Assembly: GCF_001644705.1 (NCBI RefSeq) | Contig: NZ_CP015137.1 | Span: forward strand, 2,610,001-2,642,000 | DNA from: Dickeya solani IPO 2222 | Lineage (GTDB): Bacteria; Pseudomonadota; Gammaproteobacteria; Enterobacterales; Enterobacteriaceae | Length of the DNA stretch: 32,000 bases | Reading direction: 5' to 3' | The notes under the pieces: model-generated | What the model was told of the DNA's origin: nothing | Database searches by the model: none | What the model saw: the letters and a program-made list of their open reading frames with translations, nothing else | Shown here: one piece after another, positions 8,563-16,883 of the stretch | Position numbering within the stretch: position 1 is the first letter of the stretch | How the letters are laid out: each line of letters begins with the position of its first letter | Made by a program: the position numbers and the translations under genes

Positions 8563-8876
8563 GCAACTTCCCCCTAATATTCAACTGGATGCTTTTCTCT
8601 GGCGCGTGGGAAAAGGCAGACACAATCAAATTGACCTGCCTTGAACGATACCTGTGCGCCAGAGCGGAAAGCAGTTGAGGTCTTGGGAGGTGTCGGCTAT
8701 GCACTCGGTGCGGCCGCCCGCAGTTGCAGGTTTTCCTCTCAGGCTGTTAGGCCTGCCTCGGTATCGGTTTAATCTCCTGTAAAAAAAGCGATCAGTCCGG
8801 CACAAACGGGTGTGTCAGATTCATGACGCATGGGTTGACGTGGCTTATCTCGGGGGTTGATGCAGTCTCAGGCTGC

Positions 8877-8915
8877 GGCGTCACTTTCATCCGTTGGCAC
8901 GGAAAAAGTGACGCC
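8877..8915. other. Strong extended hairpin in non-coding leader DNA
   Basis: GGCGTCACTTT (8877..8887) pairs perfectly with AAAGTGACGCC (8905..8915). Inner CCGT (8891..8894) pairs with ACGG (8899..8902). No T-run follows on either strand, so this is not a classical terminator. Confidence 0.6.
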
Positions 8916-9570
8916 GGTGCAGACGTTGCAGGCAGGCGCATAGCAGATGCCTGACGGCATAGCAGCGCGCAGCCAGCACGTTCACACGTGCAGACGCTAA
9001 TCATTGAGACGAAAAAGTCGAAGTTGCACGATAACGTGAACTTACAAGAATAAGCGCTGTTTAAGTCGCCTATGAGGTGAAATCACCACAACGATAAATA
9101 TTGCAGCTACAGGCCAGATCCTACGGTATGGAGGCCGCTCTCTGGCTAGGTATAATGAAGCCCACGGCATTGTTGGGCTTATAGTTAAGTCAAACGGACC
9201 TTAATCACCACGCTCGCAACGGCGTTCAAACGACCCGGTGATCTCTGCTTCCAAAGGCTGGCAGATTTATCACAACGCAACTGTGCGTGTTCTTCCTTGC
9301 AGGCTACGGAAGTGTTTGTGGTCACCCGCAGGCGTCAGTCTCAGACCACGCTCCATTCCCTATGACTTTGGCGTTGTGACCACCCGAAGGCGTTTCTCAC
9401 GGGTCACTCGTATCATCCTGATACTGGAAACATTGGCGGCTGTCATCGACAGCGGTGTTGCGTGGATAAAATTACGACAGAATTTTGCAGACTTCAAGTA
9501 GTTTGAATATTCATCAAAAGGGAGTAATCTAGCACTAAGTGCTATAGTTAAGGGATGGAATGCTGGCCTG

Positions 9571-9930
9571 ATGCGTGTATTCAAAACCAAATGGTTCACT
9601 AAGGCGGCTAAATCCCACGCTATCAAGGATAGCGAGTTATGTCAGGCCATTGAGGCGGTGACTCAGGGGAAAGCTGATGATCTCGGCGGCGGCGTTTACA
9701 AGAAACGTTTTAACCAAAACCGCGATCGCGCCATCATACTGGCGAAAGGTGGGGAACATTGGTTTTACACGTTCCTGTATGCCAAGCAGGATATGGCGAA
9801 CATTGATGATCGTGAACTGGCAGGGTTCCGCGAACTGGCGAAGCACTATGCCAACCTTGCCGATGAAAAGATTACAGCACTGATTAAGCGTAAAGAACTG
9901 GTGGAGATTTGCCATGACTGCAAAAAGTAG
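9571..9930 (+). CDS. RelE/ParE-superfamily toxin (COG4737/DUF1044-like, 119 aa)
   Basis: The pattern FKTKWFTKAAK...DDLGGGVYKKRF...FLYAKQDMANIDDRELAGFRELAKHY matches this toxin family as I remember it. The gene overlaps the downstream HTH gene by 17 nt. Confidence 0.8.
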   Translation: MRVFKTKWFTKAAKSHAIKDSELCQAIEAVTQGKADDLGGGVYKKRFNQNRDRAIILAKGGEHWFYTFLYAKQDMANIDDRELAGFRELAKHYANLADEKITALIKRKELVEICHDCKK

Positions 9931-10237
9931 ATTCAAAAGCCCGGCATTTGAGGCGATTCACAGCGCCGCGTCTGGCTTATTCAGCGTTGATGCCATCCCA
10001 CAAGAAACGATGCGCAATTTTGACAAAGCGTGTCTTAACAGTGTCGAGTCTCTTCAGCCACTGGAAATTAAAGCGCTGCGTGAGAAGTTAAACGTCAGCC
10101 AGCCGGTTTTTGCCCGTTACCTGAACACCAGTGTTTCGACGGTGCAGAAATGGGAAAGCGGCGTAAAACGCCCTAGCGGGTTATCGCTGAAACTGCTTAC
10201 GGTAGTGCAGAAGCATGGGTTGAAGGTGTTGGTTTGA
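9914..10237 (+). CDS. HTH (XRE/COG2944, NadS/MqsA-C-terminal-like) antitoxin (107 aa)
   Basis: LREKLNVSQPVFARYLNTSVSTVQKWESGVKRPSGLSLKLLTVVQKHG is the typical C-terminal HTH of the cognate antitoxins. The gene is coupled to the toxin gene. Confidence 0.8.
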   Translation: MTAKSRFKSPAFEAIHSAASGLFSVDAIPQETMRNFDKACLNSVESLQPLEIKALREKLNVSQPVFARYLNTSVSTVQKWESGVKRPSGLSLKLLTVVQKHGLKVLV

Positions 10238-10628
10238 TTGTGTTGTATTGGCTTATCTTCGGATTGGTCATTTGGGGGGATAAGTTTCGAACTAATTTGA
10301 TTGGCTGTTTAGAGCCAGTAGCAGATGTTGCTAACATCTATGTTTCTTAATAAATAGGGGCATGTTAGTAATATCGTTTTGATAGCTTTGTCGGTTTAAA
10401 AGAAAATAATAGTCTTTTTGAAAAATATAAGATTGTATGTAATGCGCATCCCTTAAATCGCCTGAATGTGCATGTTATTGGTGATCACACACCTGATAAA
10501 ATTCCAGTATTGTCTGCAGTTGTGCTCGGCGTATTATTCTTTTGAGCAAAAAATCTCAGTACAAATCTATATTTGTATGGTAAATGATTTAATGCCTAAT
10601 AATTAGCTAGAGACCTAAAAGGGGAAAG

Positions 10629-11360
10629 ATGTTAAATTATACAGTAATACCTGAGCAGCCCCCTATTGGTTCAGGTACTTATGGATTAGTTGAAAAAGTT
10701 CATTTAAAGAATGGGCACGGCGGTTTATGCAATGAATATGGCTACGCACGTAAAACGCTAATTAATACAAATAATGATCCTGACCTTGTTCAGCGCTTTA
10801 TTAGAGAAATCCGTGCTCAAGATGATTGTTTGCATAAGCATGTTGCACAGATTTTCATATGCGACTTACAGTCCAATCCCCCTTGGTTTATCATGGAGCT
10901 TGCTGAAAGCAGTCTTGAAGAAGAGATTTCAAACAGTGCACTCTCAACGCAAAAAAAAATTGAAATCATAAAGATGATTCTAAAAGGACTAGCATTCATT
11001 CATTCTAAAGGATTTTTGCATAGGGACATTAAACCCCAGAATATTTTGAGATTCCCCGGTGGTATATATAAGCTAACTGATTTTGGACTAGCGAAAAATA
11101 TAAACCCTACAAGAACACAATTTGCTACTAAAGTTGGTGTTTTCTTGGGTACACCAAAATATTTTGATTATGAAATATTTGTTAATGGCTATTCGAATCA
11201 ATCAGACATATACTCAATTGGTGTCCTTCTTGAAGACTTATACTTTGAAGGTCTTGATGATATAATCGCGAGATGTAAACATAGACGTCTTAACAAACGC
11301 TATATAAACGTTAATCAAGTATTGAATGCTATCGAGGAATTAGAGGTGAAGATTAAATGA
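10629..11360 (+). CDS. Minimal Hanks-type Ser/Thr protein kinase (243 aa, kinase domain only)
   Basis: The G-loop is IGSGTYGLV (13..21) and the conserved Lys is in YARK (K42). The catalytic loop is HRDIKPQN (131..138), followed by DFG (151..153) and GTPKYFDYE (174..182). An SD (AAAGGGGAAAG) precedes the ATG. The DNA is AT-rich. Confidence 0.9.
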   Translation: MLNYTVIPEQPPIGSGTYGLVEKVHLKNGHGGLCNEYGYARKTLINTNNDPDLVQRFIREIRAQDDCLHKHVAQIFICDLQSNPPWFIMELAESSLEEEISNSALSTQKKIEIIKMILKGLAFIHSKGFLHRDIKPQNILRFPGGIYKLTDFGLAKNINPTRTQFATKVGVFLGTPKYFDYEIFVNGYSNQSDIYSIGVLLEDLYFEGLDDIIARCKHRRLNKRYINVNQVLNAIEELEVKIK

Positions 11361-12100
11361 TAAAACTACTAGGCTCTTCATCATTTACTTACTCTAAAAA
11401 TGGAATTGATGAAAACCAAGATTGCATTCTTCCTTTTAAAAGGGTGAATGACGGTTTCATGATAGCAGTTGCTGATGGTGTTGGCGGTTACGAAGGGGGG
11501 CTTGACGCTTCATCTTTAGCAGTATCTCAGCTTGAAAAAGTTTATTTTTCATTTAATCGCTCTGATGTCGATAATTTCTTCCATAATTTAAAGGGAAGGC
11601 TGAAAGAGCTATCCAAAAATAATCCAATATTTTTTTCTGCCGCAACCACACTAACATTTTGCTATATTGATAAGAAAGGATTGATGGTTGGGCATTGTGG
11701 AGATTCCAGGCTTTATATTAAGGCCGAAAATAAGCTCGTACAAATAACGAAGGATCAAACCCAGCATCAGATTTTAATTGACAAAGGATTATACACATCG
11801 AGGCAACTCCGTAATCTTATGGGCGGCAATGTTTTAACAAGTGCAATTTCAGCCAAATTAGATTTAGAGTATCAGGTTATAGAAATTCCTACTGAAAACC
11901 TCCCTCTTCAAAATGGAAGCCTAAATATTTTCATTATGTCTGATGGCGCACATTATTATTGGGAAGAACGCCCCCGATTTTCAGAAAAAACTATGGATAA
12001 TCCAGCAAAGTTTGCTGCCAGCTTGCAAAAAAGGATTGAAACCAAAGGACCTCATGATGATTTTTCTTTAGTCTGTCTTAAAGTTAGCTATAAACAATGA
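11357..12100 (+). CDS. PP2C-family Ser/Thr phosphatase (247 aa)
   Basis: The PP2C motifs are AVADGVGG (D40-G41), GHCGDSRLY (D116), IMSDGAHY (D196-G197) and HDDFSLV (D234-D235). The start overlaps the kinase stop (ATGA). Confidence 0.85.
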   Translation: MIKLLGSSSFTYSKNGIDENQDCILPFKRVNDGFMIAVADGVGGYEGGLDASSLAVSQLEKVYFSFNRSDVDNFFHNLKGRLKELSKNNPIFFSAATTLTFCYIDKKGLMVGHCGDSRLYIKAENKLVQITKDQTQHQILIDKGLYTSRQLRNLMGGNVLTSAISAKLDLEYQVIEIPTENLPLQNGSLNIFIMSDGAHYYWEERPRFSEKTMDNPAKFAASLQKRIETKGPHDDFSLVCLKVSYKQ

Positions 12101-12158
12101 ATACTGTAAAGGGGCAGGGTGAAGGTTAAAACTCTCTCATGCCGACCAATAAATGCCT

Positions 12159-12188
12159 AAAAAACCAACCCGTTGCGATTGGTTTTTT
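12159..12188 (+). terminator. Possible weak intrinsic terminator after the PP2C gene
   Basis: In AAAAAACCAA-cccgttgcga-TTGGTTTTTT the A/U-rich stem ends in a T6 run, 59 nt after the stop. Confidence 0.4.
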
Positions 12189-12651
12189 AGGCTTGCTATT
12201 CGGCGATGGCAAAATGATTGTAAAACCCCTGCCATTCTGAGCAGTGATCGGTTCGGCACTTTGCTGCATGAATGTAACATGCAGAACTATTTTTTATAAT
12301 CGTTAAAGTTCGTTTGGGAACGCCACGCAGCTTCATGTTCACTTCAGCCACCGACTATTACGAAAAAATGTTTATCGACATTCAGCAAGTGTGAGAAAAA
12401 ACAAGCCTATATCAGATATGGTCCTTTCTTTCTAAGGGTAGTTTTTGCTACGAGACTGGTTCCGGGTTGTGCCCGAATGTGAATTGCTCCAACTCATCTG
12501 GACATTATACTGTTGCCGTTGAAGCACAACATCTGCTTTTCGCTCTTAACAGAGCATGTCAGATTTACTGGCCTCGTTCGATAAGAAATGGATTAAATTT
12601 CTTCATTTTTTGATTAAAAATAAACCAAAATAGTGTCGTATAAAATATGAA

Positions 12652-12672
12652 GGGGTCAAAATGGTGGTCAAT
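12652..12672 (+). repeat. GGGGTCAA-N5-GGTCAAT motif near the island A right end (candidate integrase arm-type site)
   Basis: GGGGTCAAAATGGTGGTCAAT has an 18/21 match at 23303..23323. A single GGGTCAA also occurs at 12834..12840 upstream of the second integrase. Confidence 0.4.
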
Positions 12673-12723
12673 AAAACTATTTATAAAATTAAATTTATTT
12701 AAAATCAATAAATTAAAAATTAT

Positions 12724-12745
12724 CCCGAGTCCGGCCTTCGCACCA
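12724..12745 (+). other. 3'-terminal tRNA fragment (T-loop half, T-stem, acceptor 3' strand and CCA): att-type direct repeat at the island junction
   Basis: CCCGAGTCCGGCCTTCGCACCA resembles the 3' end of E. coli tRNA-Leu leuX (..TTCGAGTCCGGCCTTCGGCACCA, from memory) with one G missing. tRNA-Phe is a weaker alternative. The upstream DNA is AT-rich and cannot supply the rest of a tRNA. Confidence 0.65.
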
Positions 12746-12758
12746 ACAGTATATAAAT

Positions 12759-12782
12759 AGACGTCAACCGACGTCTTTTTTT
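12759..12782 (+). terminator. Intrinsic terminator just downstream of the tRNA fragment
   Basis: AGACGTC-aacc-GACGTCT is a perfect 7-bp stem followed by T6. Confidence 0.7.
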
Positions 12783-12931
12783 ATGCCTGAAATCCAGTAT
12801 TTACCCGCCTTTCCCGCTATATTCATTCTCTCAGGGTCAACAGACATCCATGTGCATCTACCAATAGTTGTTGGTACAGACGATGGTATTTTCGGTTCGA
12901 TAATGCTTGTACCAACGGGGAGGAGATAAAT

Positions 12932-14193
12932 ATGGCGCTTACTGATATCAAAGTCAGAACAGCCAAGCCTTCGGATAAGCAATACAAGCTGACCGACGGC
13001 AGTGGTATGTATCTGCTGGTTCACCCCAATGGCTCAAAGTATTGGCGCTTACAGTACCGTTTTGGCGGTAAACAGAAGATGCTGGCACTGGGGGTTTATC
13101 CTGATGTCTCTCTGGCTGATGCCAGAGCGCGTCGTGATGAAGCGCGTAAGTTATTGGCAAACGGCACTGACCCCGGCGACAAAAAGAAATCCGATAAGAT
13201 TGAACAAAGTGAAGCGTTAACCTTTAAAGAGGTGGCAATAGAATGGCACGCCACCAATAAGAAATGGTCGCAAGAGCACAGTCATCGTGTGCTGAAAAGC
13301 CTGGAAGATAACCTTTTCTCAGCAATAGGCAAACGCAACATCGCCGAGCTTAAAACCCGTGACCTGCTAGCGCCCATCAAAGCGGTAGAGCAGTCAGGCC
13401 GCCTTGAAGTCGCCTCACGGCTCCAGCAACGCACAACCGCGATAATGCACTACGCCGTACAAAGCGGATTAATCGACTACAACCCGGCGCAGGAAATGGC
13501 AGGGGCGGTGGCGTCCAGCAATCGGCAGCATCGCCCGGCACTGGATCTAAAGCGCACGCCCGAACTGCTCCGGCGTATCGATAACTACACCGGCAGACCA
13601 TTAACCCGTCTGGCGGTCGAACTGACGCTATTGATTTTTATCCGCTCCAGCGAACTGCGCTTTGCACGCTGGTCAGAGATAGATTTTGATACCGCCATGT
13701 GGACGATTCCCCCGGAACGCGAATCCATCGACGGTGTAAAACACTCTCACCGTGGCTCAAAAATGCGTACTCCGCATCTGGTGCCGCTTTCCCGGCAGGC
13801 GCTGGCGACGTTGAAACAAATCCAGCAATTTAGCGGCGACCATGAGCTTATCTTTATTGGCGATCACGACCCGCGTAAACCGATGAGTGAGAACACGGTG
13901 AACAAAGCGCTGCGGGTGATGGGATATGACACCAAGGTTGAAGTCTGCGGCCACGGTTTTCGCACCATGGCCTGTAGCTCGTGATCGAGTCGGGCTTATG
14001 GTCGCGTGACGCTGTACAGCGCCAGATGAGCCATATGGAGCGTAACTCGGTACGTGCGGCCTACATCCACAAAGCCGAGCACCTGGATGAACGCAAACTG
14101 ATGCTGCAATGGTGGGCGGATTATCTCGATGCGAATCGGGAGAGGGCAGTGAGTGCGTTTGATTTTGGGAAAGTTAGTAATCAACTAAAATAG
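12932..14193 (+). pseudogene. int: P4-type tyrosine integrase disrupted by a 1-nt frameshift before the catalytic Tyr region
   Basis: Track ORFs 12932..13984 and 13981..14193 are contiguous halves. The first ends ...GHGFRTMACSS-stop and the second begins IESGLWSRDAVQRQMSH..VRAAYIH. Integrase 1 reads through the equivalent position (ACSALVESGQWSRDAVERQMSH). The N-terminus MALTDIKVRTAKP...YWRLQYRFGGKQK is the typical DUF4102 arm-binding domain. Confidence 0.85.
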
Positions 14194-14519
14194 AAACTTT
14201 TATTTTCCTACATCTGTTCTGAAAAATTTCACATAAATGGCATTCTCTACTGATTTTTTTGGTTCGGACAGGCTCCTTTTATAAGTGTGAACTGGTGATA
14301 GTGCTTAGCAACTAGGGGGCGGGATTTTAGAGATATCCGGCCAAACAGTCGAATGCCTAGCGCTGGTTAAGTCATTGTCCAACCTCAGTGTTCATTTCGT
14401 TGCCCTGTATCGTTTGCGATAACCTTCGTTGCGGGTATTATTTTGTGAATTACATTCTAAAACTGAATTTATGCTTGAGCATCTTTGCGCTATGGCAGTG
14501 ATCTCTTCTAAGGATTTTC

Positions 14520-16883
14520 ATGGCTAACACTAACTTTTCTCAAACTGCTGCCTTTATCTGGTCAGTTGCTGACCTGCTTCGTGGCGATTTTAAGCAATCT
14601 CAGTATGGGCGCGTGATTCTGCCTTTTACCCTGCTGCGTCGGCTTGAGTGCGTGTTAGCCGCGAGTAAAGAAGCGGTGGTAGCGGAAGCTGAAAAACTAA
14701 AGGCCAGCCCTTTGCCGGAAGAAGGGAGAGAGAAGTTTTTGTTACGCGCCACTCATGGCCTGTCGTTCTTCAATACCTCGCCAATGGATCTTGGCAAGAT
14801 GGGGCAGAACGATATTAAGGCGAATCTGGAGAATTACGTTCAGTGTTTCTCGAAGGATGCGCGTGAAATCTTTGAACACTTCAAGTTTAGTGAGTTTGTT
14901 GGCCTGCTGGATGACGCCAATTTACTGTTCAAAATCGTTAAAAAGTTCGCCACTACGGACCTGAGCCCGAAGGCCATTTCCAACCATGAAATGGGGTTGG
15001 TGTTTGAAGAGCTGATTCGTCGTTTTGCGGAAAGCTCGAATGAAACGGCGGGGGAGCACTTTACTCCACGCGATATCGTACGTTTAACGACCTCTCTGGT
15101 GTTTATGGAAGATGATGCTGCGTTATCTAAAGACGGTATCATTCGCACTATTTACGACCCCACTGCCGGTACGGGCGGCTTCCTCTCTTCGGGTATGGAA
15201 TATGTGCACGAGCTTAACCCGAATGCGGTGATGCGTGCGTTTGGTCAGGAACTGAACCCCGAGTCTTACGCCATCTGTAAAGCCGATATGCTGATTAAAG
15301 GGCAAGATGTTAGCCGTATCAAACTGGGCAACACCCTTTCTAACGATCAACTACCGCAAGACCAGTTCGACTATATGCTGTCGAATCCACCGTTTGGTGT
15401 GGACTGGAAAAAGATTGAAGGTGAAATTAACGATGAGCATCAACTGAAAGGCTTTAACGGCCGTTTTGGTCCGGGCTTGCCTCGCGTCTCTGATGGTTCT
15501 CTGTTGTTCCTTCTGCATCTGATCAGCAAGATGCGTGATACCCATAATCCAGATGGTTCAATCAATGGTGGTGGGCGCATCGGTATTATCCTTAACGGCT
15601 CTCCGCTGTTTACCGGTGGTGCGGGTAGCGGTGAGAGCGAAATCCGTCGCTATATTCTGGAAGCTGATTTGCTGGAAGGCATTGTCGCGCTGCCGACGGA
15701 TATGTTCTACAACACCGGGATTGCGACTTACGTTTGGATTCTGTCGAATAAGAAAGCACCAGAGCGTAAAGGTAAGGTCCAACTGATTGATGGCACTAGC
15801 TTGTGCGGCAAGATGCGTAAGTCTCTGGGTTCCAAGCGCAATCTGATGGGTGAAGAGGACATCAAACTTATCACCCGCACGTTTGGTGATTTTGAGGCGG
15901 TTGATGCGATTTCTCTTGAAGCGTTAGGCCTTGAAAAAGCAGCGGAGCAAAAATCCAACCGTGGGCGCCAATCTGCAACGGCAAAAACGGAAGCCCCGAA
16001 AACCTTCGCCAGCAAAATCTTCAACAGTACCGATTTTGGGTATCGCCGCCTGACCATTGAGCGTCCGCTGCGCCTGTCTGCACAGATTACCGATGAAGCG
16101 ATTGCCAGCCTGCGCTTTGCGCCGAAGCCATTTAATGCCCCGATGGAGCGCCTGTTTGACGAATTCGCTTCGCAGTGGCAGGAAGCTCACTACGGTGACT
16201 TTACAGAAATTGAAGCGGAAGCTCGCGCGATTATCAAAGCGGAATTTGAGGAGTTGAAAGAGAAGCAAATTAAAGATCTGCTAGACAGAAAACAGTGGCT
16301 GGCACAGCACGCGTTAATGGAAAAAGCGCATCAGATTCAAGCGGCGTTAGGCACACAAGCCGGTGGGAAAACGCAGGTCAGCGACGATTTTAACCAGTTT
16401 CAGCTTACCCTGAAAGGGGCGATCAAAATCGCAGGCGTTAAGCTCGATACCAAAGAGAACAAACAGTTTATCGACGCGATTACCACGAAAAACCCGGCTG
16501 CCGAACCGGTGATAAAAAAAGTGTTGAAGGAAGACGTTCAGCCGCTATACGGCGCGTTTGAGTACCAAGGGAAAGTGGTGGAATTCGAGCAGGATGGCGA
16601 TTTGCGGGATAACGAGAACGTGCCGTTGAATCCAGCGGTTTCCATCAGCGAACTCATTGAAAGCTACTTCAAAGCGGAAGTTCTGCCGCACGTGGCCGAT
16701 GCCTGGATTAATGCCGATAAGCGCGATGCTAAAGATAATGACGTGGGAATCGTGGGCTATGAGATTCCGTTTAACCGCCATTTCTACGTTTATCAGCCAC
16801 CGCGCCCGCTGGAAGAAATTGATGCTGATTTGGATGCGGTAAGCGCCGAAATAATGAAGCTGTTGCAGGAGGTACATTCCTGA
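14520..16883 (+). CDS. hsdM: Type I restriction-modification methyltransferase subunit M (long form, 787 aa)
   Basis: The HsdM N-terminal pattern is [32 protein letters not shown]. The SAM motif is DPTAGTGGF and the catalytic motif is NPPF ([10 protein letters not shown]). The C-terminal sequence is [23 protein letters not shown]. Confidence 0.95.
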   Translation: MANTNFSQTAAFIWSVADLLRGDFKQSQYGRVILPFTLLRRLECVLAASKEAVVAEAEKLKASPLPEEGREKFLLRATHGLSFFNTSPMDLGKMGQNDIKANLENYVQCFSKDAREIFEHFKFSEFVGLLDDANLLFKIVKKFATTDLSPKAISNHEMGLVFEELIRRFAESSNETAGEHFTPRDIVRLTTSLVFMEDDAALSKDGIIRTIYDPTAGTGGFLSSGMEYVHELNPNAVMRAFGQELNPESYAICKADMLIKGQDVSRIKLGNTLSNDQLPQDQFDYMLSNPPFGVDWKKIEGEINDEHQLKGFNGRFGPGLPRVSDGSLLFLLHLISKMRDTHNPDGSINGGGRIGIILNGSPLFTGGAGSGESEIRRYILEADLLEGIVALPTDMFYNTGIATYVWILSNKKAPERKGKVQLIDGTSLCGKMRKSLGSKRNLMGEEDIKLITRTFGDFEAVDAISLEALGLEKAAEQKSNRGRQSATAKTEAPKTFASKIFNSTDFGYRRLTIERPLRLSAQITDEAIASLRFAPKPFNAPMERLFDEFASQWQEAHYGDFTEIEAEARAIIKAEFEELKEKQIKDLLDRKQWLAQHALMEKAHQIQAALGTQAGGKTQVSDDFNQFQLTLKGAIKIAGVKLDTKENKQFIDAITTKNPAAEPVIKKVLKEDVQPLYGAFEYQGKVVEFEQDGDLRDNENVPLNPAVSISELIESYFKAEVLPHVADAWINADKRDAKDNDVGIVGYEIPFNRHFYVYQPPRPLEEIDADLDAVSAEIMKLLQEVHS

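Noticed and set aside
8792-9004. 70-aa Cys/Ala/Pro-rich minus-strand ORF
   Set aside because: It has no SD and odd composition, and it contains the 11+4-bp hairpin and other inverted repeats. It is more likely a structured leader or non-coding region than a protein gene.
9000-9570. Possible retron msr/msd or other RT-associated ncRNA, considered because of the many hairpins
   Set aside because: No reverse transcriptase gene occurs anywhere in the window, and I could not identify flanking a1/a2-type long inverted repeats.
9238-9626. Mutually antisense ORFs 9238..9501 (+, GTG start) and 9360..9626 (-)
   Set aside because: Neither has a ribosome-binding site or a recognisable motif, and the minus-strand one runs into the RelE-like gene start. 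I treat the region as non-coding.
10629-12100. Assigning the kinase/phosphatase pair to the known TerY-P defence triad
   Set aside because: The defining TerY (vWA) gene is absent. The flanking 390 nt and 530 nt contain no ORF or obvious remnant of one, so I report the pair as a two-gene module instead.
12600-12745. A complete tRNA gene ending at 12745
   Set aside because: Only the last ~22 nt are tRNA-like. The preceding ~100 nt are almost pure A/T and cannot form acceptor, D or anticodon stems.
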